DNA from: Bacteroidota bacterium
GTDB lineage: Bacteria > Bacteroidota > Bacteroidia > AKYH767-A > 2013-40CM-41-45
Assembly: GCA_031385005.1 (NCBI GenBank)
Contig: JANNBB010000051.1
Coordinates: 87,405-151,404 of the forward strand
Length of the DNA: 64,000 nucleotides
Direction: 5' to 3'
The notes beneath the pieces were generated by a model, which ran no database searches, was not told the DNA's origin, and was given only the letters and a program-made list of their open reading frames with translations. This document shows positions 57,756 to 64,000 of this stretch, piece by piece. The translations under genes were made by a program, and so were the position numbers. Numbering within the stretch: the first letter of the stretch is position 1; each line of letters begins with the position of its first letter.

Positions 57756-59153
57756 TTACTCTATAACCATTGGATAAGAAACAGCTTTTTGTCCATTCAC
57801 ATTAACCTGAACAAAATAGTAGCCACTTGATAAATTCAGATTACTGTTCTTAACAAGATTGTTTCCCATAGGCATTTGTTGATCAAGAATAGTAGCGACT
57901 TTCTTACCGATTAAATCAACGACATCAACAGTTACTTGGGAAGAATGTTTTAATTCAAAAGAAAGCATCCAATAACCGGAATTCGGATTTGGAAATAAAT
58001 TACCGGCTGTAAAACCATTTTCAGGATTATTTATCCCTGTAAATGTACTTACATTTAAAAGTAGCGTCTGATCGTTTGAAAACGTATTCAGGTTATGCAA
58101 CTCTGTACCATGGAAAGCGACAGTATAAGAAGCAAGACGAGCTTGAGAAATGGTAGGAGTCCATGAAAATACACCTGTAATTGAACCGGGAACATTATTT
58201 TGCAGTGTCCAAACAGCAGGATTATTAGCTAACATCAATGGCTCACCTTGTGCAGTCAGATTTAACGGATCGTTATCCATATCTGAAGCAGTAACAGTAA
58301 GGTTAAAAGGAACATTTGGATTCAATATCATGGCGAAGTTTCCTTGCCCGTTTACCGGCCAGGAACCATTGTTAAATACAATGTTGTGCCAGTTAGTCGT
58401 ATCATCTACAACAATAATTTGCATGTCTCTTCTGATTTCGCCGATTTTCACACCTCCGCGATATTCTTCAACACGGAATGATGCTTCCCAGAAACCATTT
58501 GAATCCGGCATCCAGGTTAATTCACCTGTTAAAGAATTTAATGTAAATGGATTTAATGGGTCTGCATGAGGAAGCGTGTATCCTGCAACAGTATCGCCAC
58601 CCCCACCCAATGGTGTCTCTAAAAGCCAGGCAAGGGAATCTCCATCAGCATCGAAAGGGAGGGGATTGTACTGAAATAAAGAATATTTCTGTGCAAGAAA
58701 AACAGGTGCGTTTAAGAAAACCGGCGTTGAATTAAATCCTGCACCATCTACAGTAACCTCTGTCATAAAATGCATAGATTCTCCGGCCGGAGTTGACATG
58801 TTAAGAATAGCAGCATTGCGGCAACAATCTTCCCATGAAATAGTGTATTGTGCATTTGCAGGTAAATCAATGGTATCAACATAAGAATAAACCTCTACTC
58901 TATTGATATATACACTGGCTCCATTATGATTGGAAGTAATGGATGAATCGTATCCGGTCGTAAAGTCCTGAATACGCAACGTTGCAGTCGGATTCATTGG
59001 AATACCAACTGTATCCCGATAAGCCGTTAATGTAATTTCATAAGTTAATCCACTAATTTGTCGGGCTGTAATCTGACCGCCCATAAGATGTGATGCTGTT
59101 ACTTGCGAAACCAGCAAGAATAACAAACCGGATAAGAATAAAATTTTTTTCAT
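57756..59153 (-). CDS. hypothetical T9SS-secreted protein
   Basis: Signal peptide MKKILFLSGLLFLLVSQVTAS. C-terminal 'LFPNPNSGYWMLSF…YFVQVNVNGQKAVSYPMVIE' CTD. Confidence 0.5.
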   Translation of the reverse strand: MKKILFLSGLLFLLVSQVTASHLMGGQITARQISGLTYEITLTAYRDTVGIPMNPTATLRIQDFTTGYDSSITSNHNGASVYINRVEVYSYVDTIDLPANAQYTISWEDCCRNAAILNMSTPAGESMHFMTEVTVDGAGFNSTPVFLNAPVFLAQKYSLFQYNPLPFDADGDSLAWLLETPLGGGGDTVAGYTLPHADPLNPFTLNSLTGELTWMPDSNGFWEASFRVEEYRGGVKIGEIRRDMQIIVVDDTTNWHNIVFNNGSWPVNGQGNFAMILNPNVPFNLTVTASDMDNDPLNLTAQGEPLMLANNPAVWTLQNNVPGSITGVFSWTPTISQARLASYTVAFHGTELHNLNTFSNDQTLLLNVSTFTGINNPENGFTAGNLFPNPNSGYWMLSFELKHSSQVTVDVVDLIGKKVATILDQQMPMGNNLVKNSNLNLSSGYYFVQVNVNGQKAVSYPMVIE

Positions 59154-59302
59154 GGTTATAGATTAAGAGGGTTTGGATTTTGTCTATCAAAAGTAAAAAA
59201 TAATACATAGAAAACAATCAATTCCCGGCCTTGGTAAAATATTTCTGAGGATAAGGAAAATGCTTCAAAAAAGGCAAAAATAAACACCAAAAAGTATTAG
59301 CA

Positions 59303-59346
59303 TAAAAAAGGCCGAAATCGAAGTATTAATATTCCGATTTCGGCCT
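59303..59346 (-). terminator. rho-independent terminator downstream of the 59367..61409 gene
   Basis: Perfect 12-bp stem aggccgaaatcg / cgatttcggcct with a palindromic 14-nt loop. The minus-strand T-run is the complement of aaaaaa at 59303-59308. Confidence 0.6.
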
Positions 59347-59366
59347 TATTCAAAAGTATTTTGTGG

Positions 59367-61409
59367 TTATTCTTTTACCAGTTTAGCAGTGAAAACTTTA
59401 TTTTCTGTTGAAACCGTACAAATATAAATACCGGCAGGAAGTTCACTTATGTTGATAATTTCTGTCGATTGAATTTTATTTTTTCTGAGTACAATTTTTC
59501 CATCTAATGACGATATTTTCAAGCTTCCAATTTCATTCAGATTTTTTGAAAACTCAAATCTGACAAGATTGCTTGCCGGATTCGGGAATATTGAAACCGG
59601 ATAAGAAGTCGCATGTGATAAAATTCCGGTTTCCAAACGTATTGTGTTTACGGTAGTATTGGTAATGATAGGAATGTTCAAATCAAAAATAATTCCTGCG
59701 CGGTTATAAATGGACGTACCGGCTGAAAGATTTGATTTAGCCGTCAAAGCATAACTTACAAAACCATTGCTTCCCGCCATGTCGCTGCCGCTGTCCGGTA
59801 ATTGAATGTTGTAAAATGTAAATGTTGCTATGCCATTTCCATCCATTGTCATATTCATGGTATGTGATGAACCAAGCAGTCGGAATGAAAGCAGATCAAG
59901 GCCGCTGTCGATTGTGTCTTTCACAACAACATTAGAAGCAGTGGCATTCCCCGTATTCTGGAAGTGGATGGTATATTGAATTTCTGTACCGGCTGCAATG
60001 TCTCCTGCGGGTACTGCTGCTTTTTCATTCGGATCCCAGGCCAGTGTAACCAACTGATGCAGGTTAACGGTATTATTTGTGGGTATTGTATCGTTTATTG
60101 GTCCAATTGTCAATGTTGAATATAGTGTATCACCCAATACTGCCGAGAGCGATGGCATAAGTTGCAGCATAATAAATCCATGTTGTCCGGGAGCAAGATT
60201 CGAATATGTCCACTGAATGAGTTGACCGTTTTGAACAGCAGGCGCAGGATTTGAACTTACGAAAGAATAAAGCGAATCCATCAAAAAGGAAATAGTGTCG
60301 CTTTCCGTTGCTGTTCCATTATTCTGATAACTGATTGGCATGGGCTCTTGTTGGCCTGGCTTAGCTCCCCAATTCGGACAAGTAACTGACACCTCATGGA
60401 TATTCGGAATCATTTGCAAACCGAAATTTAGATTCGATGTGGGTTGTGTTTGTGGGTTGCAACTAATTGGATTTGGAGTAGTAAAATTCCAATAAGTAAT
60501 TCCGCTGGTTGTCATCGTATAAGTAAGAGTAGAGTCGAAGTAAAAGAAAGCATAGTTTCCTACCGCATCGGTTGAGACAAAATAATTACCCGGATTCAGG
60601 TTAATAACCCGATTGGCAATACCTGTTTCATTGGTGTCTCGAATTCCATCACCATTGAGGTCGTTAAATATGGTGCCTGTTAAATAAGAAAAATCAACTG
60701 CAGTTCCTGAGCAGGCGCCAAAATGAAATGCGAATCCCGAAGGCATATTGCACGACAAACTCACAGGAAAAATAGTTGCAATAGATGGATATGGATATGC
60801 ATTGGCCCAGTTACAAGCGGTATCACCTAAAACAAGAAAATCCAGATTCGTAGAACCACGCAGACCAATTTGGGTACTTAATGGGGCTGTTGTTAACGTA
60901 TTGTTGCCGTAAATAAAGCGCATACAATTGGATCCTTCTTCCAGCCACAATTGAAAGTTGACATCACCACTGTTTCCGAAATAAGAATAATGCAACCATT
61001 GGACTATACAAATTCTGTTTGGAGCTGTACCAATTGTGGCAAACTGTAAACTTGCTGTTGTATCGTAATGGATGAGGTCGGCACCAAATGGAGCAATAAC
61101 ATTGTTATGTGTTCCTGATAGAATGGAATAAAACGAGCCCGTACCCGCCGAATCCAGTTCAATGTAACCATTCGTATTTATTGACATGTAATCATGTGAA
61201 GCTCCTCCATAGTTAAAAGTAAAACCAATTGGAATTCCCTGATAGGATACATCGTCTACAAATTGGGCATCGACAGTAGTGCCCGTAATTACAGAAAACG
61301 AATCCAGTGAAGCAGTAAATGGAATTGCAGCTACCTGAGCATTAGTGTTTGTTGTAAACACATTTAAAACAAATAATAGAATTAAATTAATGAGTAATAT
61401 TTTTTTCAT
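59367..61409 (-). CDS. hypothetical T9SS-secreted protein (Ig/CARDB-like beta-sandwich repeats)
   Basis: The signal peptide begins at the internal ATG 61409 (MKKILLINLILLFVLNVFTTNTNAQ). C-terminal 'IFPNPASNLVRFEF…YICTVSTENKVFTAKLVKE' CTD. Confidence 0.5.
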   Translation of the reverse strand: MKKILLINLILLFVLNVFTTNTNAQVAAIPFTASLDSFSVITGTTVDAQFVDDVSYQGIPIGFTFNYGGASHDYMSINTNGYIELDSAGTGSFYSILSGTHNNVIAPFGADLIHYDTTASLQFATIGTAPNRICIVQWLHYSYFGNSGDVNFQLWLEEGSNCMRFIYGNNTLTTAPLSTQIGLRGSTNLDFLVLGDTACNWANAYPYPSIATIFPVSLSCNMPSGFAFHFGACSGTAVDFSYLTGTIFNDLNGDGIRDTNETGIANRVINLNPGNYFVSTDAVGNYAFFYFDSTLTYTMTTSGITYWNFTTPNPISCNPQTQPTSNLNFGLQMIPNIHEVSVTCPNWGAKPGQQEPMPISYQNNGTATESDTISFLMDSLYSFVSSNPAPAVQNGQLIQWTYSNLAPGQHGFIMLQLMPSLSAVLGDTLYSTLTIGPINDTIPTNNTVNLHQLVTLAWDPNEKAAVPAGDIAAGTEIQYTIHFQNTGNATASNVVVKDTIDSGLDLLSFRLLGSSHTMNMTMDGNGIATFTFYNIQLPDSGSDMAGSNGFVSYALTAKSNLSAGTSIYNRAGIIFDLNIPIITNTTVNTIRLETGILSHATSYPVSIFPNPASNLVRFEFSKNLNEIGSLKISSLDGKIVLRKNKIQSTEIINISELPAGIYICTVSTENKVFTAKLVKE

Positions 61410-61625
61410 GGAGAGAGTTTTTTCATTGTGATTTGGTGCATCGAAAGTGCAAAAAATTTGCACACTATGAAATAGCTATACACTTATTTCAATTAAAAGA
61501 TCGTTAATTTGTTTTTTCGCCTGATTACTTGCCTAATTCAACAAAAAAGCTGGCATAACGCGAAGAAGATCGTTTATGGAATAGAATTTCGGGAATAATT
61601 TACTACCTGATAAATTTTTTCCGTT

Positions 61626-63092
61626 TTAATTTTTATTCTCCGGAATCCTTTTTAATGTCTCCAGAAAAAATCCCCAAAACTTTTGTACGGAACTAATCTG
61701 AACTTTTTCATCGGGAGAGTGTGCGCCGCGAATGTTTGGGCCGAAAGAAATCATTTCCGTATCGGGATAATTCGCTCCTAATATACCGCATTCCAATCCG
61801 GCATGACAGGCACTTACCAAAGCTTCTTCTTTATAGCGTTCTTTATAAAGTTCGCTCATGATTTTTACAATCGATGCATCGGGGTTAGGCGTCCAGCCGG
61901 GATAAGAGCCACCATAAACTACCCGTGATCCGATCAATTCAAATGTGTTCTTTATGCTATTCGCCAAATCCATTTTTTCTGAATCGACAGAGCTGCGGGT
62001 TAGACACTGAATGGAATATTCTCCGTCCTTGACCAACACACGTGCAAGATTGTTGGATGTCTGTACCAGATGCAAAATATCCGGACTCATTCTATATACT
62101 CCGTTTGCACAGGCAGCAATGCTTTTAAGGAATTTACTTTGAAAACCTTTTTGTAAAACACGTTTTTTCTCTTCTACTCTTTCTATTCCAATAGTAAGTT
62201 TAGGGTCAGTAGTTTTGTTTTCGGCTTTAATTTCAAGAGCCAGTTTTTCCATTGCCGATTCAAAAGCATCCTCTTCTGCTTCCGGCAGAACGATTTCAGC
62301 GATAGACTCGCGAGGAATTGCATTACGTAAACTTCCTCCATCGATGCTGCCAATTTGTATTCCGAATTTTTCAAAACACATGGTCAAAATGCGATTCATG
62401 ATTTTATTCGCATTCCCTCTTCCTTTGTAAATATCCATTCCGGAATGTCCTCCTGTAAGTCCGGTGACTTCAATTTTATAAGCGACAGAATTTGGCGGAG
62501 CGGCTTCCAGTGTATAGCTTCCTGTTGCAGTGACGTCAACACCTCCGGCACAACCGATGGTAAGTTCATTATCATCTTCCGTATCAAGATTCAATAATAT
62601 TTTTCCGTTTAAAAGTCCGGCTTTTAAATTGAGCGCTCCCGTCATACCTGTTTCTTCATCAATCGTAAACAATGCCTCGATTGGAGGATGTGCAATTTCT
62701 TTTGAAGCCAATACAGACATAATTGTTGCAGCGCCAATTCCATTATCTGCTCCCAGCGTTGTTCCTTTTGCTTTCACCCAATCATCTTCTACGAACATTT
62801 CAATTCCTTGTGTATCGAAATTAAAATTGGTCGTTGCATTTTTCTGATGCACCATATCGAGGTGACTCTGAAGAATAATTGTTTTCTTTTTCTCCATGCC
62901 GGCGCTTGCGGGCTTTTTAATGATGACGTTTCCAACTTCATCTTTACTTGTCTCCAATCCCAGCTTTTTCCCGAATTGCATCATGAATTCAATGATACGT
63001 TCTTCCTTTTTTGAAGGACGGGGAACAGCATTGATCTCTGCAAAGTGAGTCCAGATTTCTTTTGGCTCTAATTCATTAATCTTTTTTGACAT
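61626..63092 (-). CDS. pepD: aminoacyl-histidine dipeptidase (M20C, PepD-like)
   Basis: N-terminal PepD signature (LEPKEIWTHFAEINAVPRPSKKEERI) and the HLDMV metal-binding block. 488 aa, typical for Xaa-His dipeptidase. Confidence 0.75.
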   Translation of the reverse strand: MSKKINELEPKEIWTHFAEINAVPRPSKKEERIIEFMMQFGKKLGLETSKDEVGNVIIKKPASAGMEKKKTIILQSHLDMVHQKNATTNFNFDTQGIEMFVEDDWVKAKGTTLGADNGIGAATIMSVLASKEIAHPPIEALFTIDEETGMTGALNLKAGLLNGKILLNLDTEDDNELTIGCAGGVDVTATGSYTLEAAPPNSVAYKIEVTGLTGGHSGMDIYKGRGNANKIMNRILTMCFEKFGIQIGSIDGGSLRNAIPRESIAEIVLPEAEEDAFESAMEKLALEIKAENKTTDPKLTIGIERVEEKKRVLQKGFQSKFLKSIAACANGVYRMSPDILHLVQTSNNLARVLVKDGEYSIQCLTRSSVDSEKMDLANSIKNTFELIGSRVVYGGSYPGWTPNPDASIVKIMSELYKERYKEEALVSACHAGLECGILGANYPDTEMISFGPNIRGAHSPDEKVQISSVQKFWGFFLETLKRIPENKN

Positions 63093-63371
63093 AATCTATT
63101 GGAGATATTTAAATCAAAACAAATGTGTTTCGCTTTGATGCTGTAAAAGTAAAAAAAGAAAGCTGTGATTGCTCTTATTAAACTTCTCAATTTGAATAAA
63201 TATATCAAAATTGTAATGAAAACAGCTGAAAATTGAGTTGTATGTGAATGTAGCCAATGAATCCAACCATCAACGATTAAGTAGAGGAAATTCTCATTGG
63301 TAAATCAAGCAATAAACCCTACTTTTATGGACCTGTGTAATCGTCCTAAACGGACATCCCAACTTACTATA

Positions 63372-64000
63372 ATGAATAGAAATTACTCTAAACGCATACT
63401 GATGTGTATGCTGCTTTTACAAGCAACCTTCCTGACGTCTATCGCTCAAACCACCACTAGTCTGTGGCAGGAGATATCCGATTTAAAATCCGTTCACATG
63501 GGTGAGCGTTCAAGTTTACCTACAGTTTATCGTGCATATCATCTCGACTTACAAGCGATGATTGCTACCTTGAATACTGCAAAAGACGAAAATCTACCGG
63601 GCGCATTAATGAATGGACCGGTTATTTCCCTTCCCATGCCGGATGGAACTTTTTCCAGATTTCATGTGGCTTATACGGAAGTAATGCCTCGTGAACTCGC
63701 CGATCAGTTTCCGACGATTCGAACTTTTATTGCAAAAGGAATAGATGATCCTTACGCTGTAGCCCGTCTTGATTACACCCAATGGGGATTTCACAGCATG
63801 ATCATGTCACCAAAAGGTTGGACGCTTATCGATCCTGCTTCTTTGAACAATACAGGCGACTACATTTGCTATAACAGAAGCGCCTCTGTTCCGACGCAGG
63901 GTTTCGTTTGTGAAGTACAAGGCAAAACGGGAATTAAAAACAACGATACAAAAAACAATATTGCTTTCAGAAGCAACGGAGCCACGTTAAAAACATATCG
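63372..64000 (+). CDS. secreted protein, 5'-partial in window (runs off the 3' end; possibly a metallopeptidase propeptide/N-domain)
   Basis: ATG at 63372 followed by a signal peptide (MNRNYSKRILMCMLLLQATFLTSIAQT) and an open frame to the window end. It is absent from the ORF track because there is no stop. Function not supported beyond 'secreted'. Confidence 0.4.
   Translation, partial: MNRNYSKRILMCMLLLQATFLTSIAQTTTSLWQEISDLKSVHMGERSSLPTVYRAYHLDLQAMIATLNTAKDENLPGALMNGPVISLPMPDGTFSRFHVAYTEVMPRELADQFPTIRTFIAKGIDDPYAVARLDYTQWGFHSMIMSPKGWTLIDPASLNNTGDYICYNRSASVPTQGFVCEVQGKTGIKNNDTKNNIAFRSNGATLKTY

Noticed and set aside
1-64000. Search for tRNA/rRNA genes, transposases, integrases, phage genes, toxin-antitoxin or restriction-modification/defence cassettes
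   Set aside because: No T-psi-C/anticodon-arm-like structures in the intergenic regions, no DDE/tyrosine-recombinase motifs, and no methyltransferase or nuclease motifs in any ORF. The window appears to be core chromosome rather than a mobile island.

Overview
This 64 kb window looks like a chromosomal segment of a low-GC member of the Bacteroidota (a gliding/T9SS-type organism). It is almost entirely coding. I found no rRNA, tRNA, CRISPR array, transposase or integrase. Two things stand out. First, at least 12 of about 45 genes encode large secreted proteins that end in a type IX secretion system (T9SS) C-terminal sorting domain; the recurring C-terminal pattern includes '...PNP...' followed by a beta-rich ~80-aa tail. 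These include FG-GAP beta-propellers, an LTD-CotH kinase-like giant, an SBBP/SprB-repeat adhesin-like protein, a purple-acid-phosphatase-like enzyme, a CUB-repeat protein, an LRR protein, a GH85 endo-beta-N-acetylglucosaminidase and an M14 carboxypeptidase. Second, there is a compact three-gene module of two paralogous TMTC/DUF1736-like GT-C membrane glycosyltransferases, each with a C-terminal TPR array, flanking a soluble DPM1-like GT2. That is the gene set expected for a polyprenyl-phosphate-sugar-dependent periplasmic protein O-glycosylation system. I consider it the best candidate for an undescribed system in the window. Other features: an orphan LytTR response regulator next to a cNMP-binding/PP2C phosphatase; a GH85 ENGase, CutC and Tat-exported glycosylasparaginase locus (N-glycan/glycopeptide catabolism); housekeeping genes (glnS, DEAD-box helicase, pseudouridine synthase, pepD, YihY); several clear rho-independent terminators; and intragenic tandem repeats. 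Functional calls come from motifs I can read in the translations. No database search was run.
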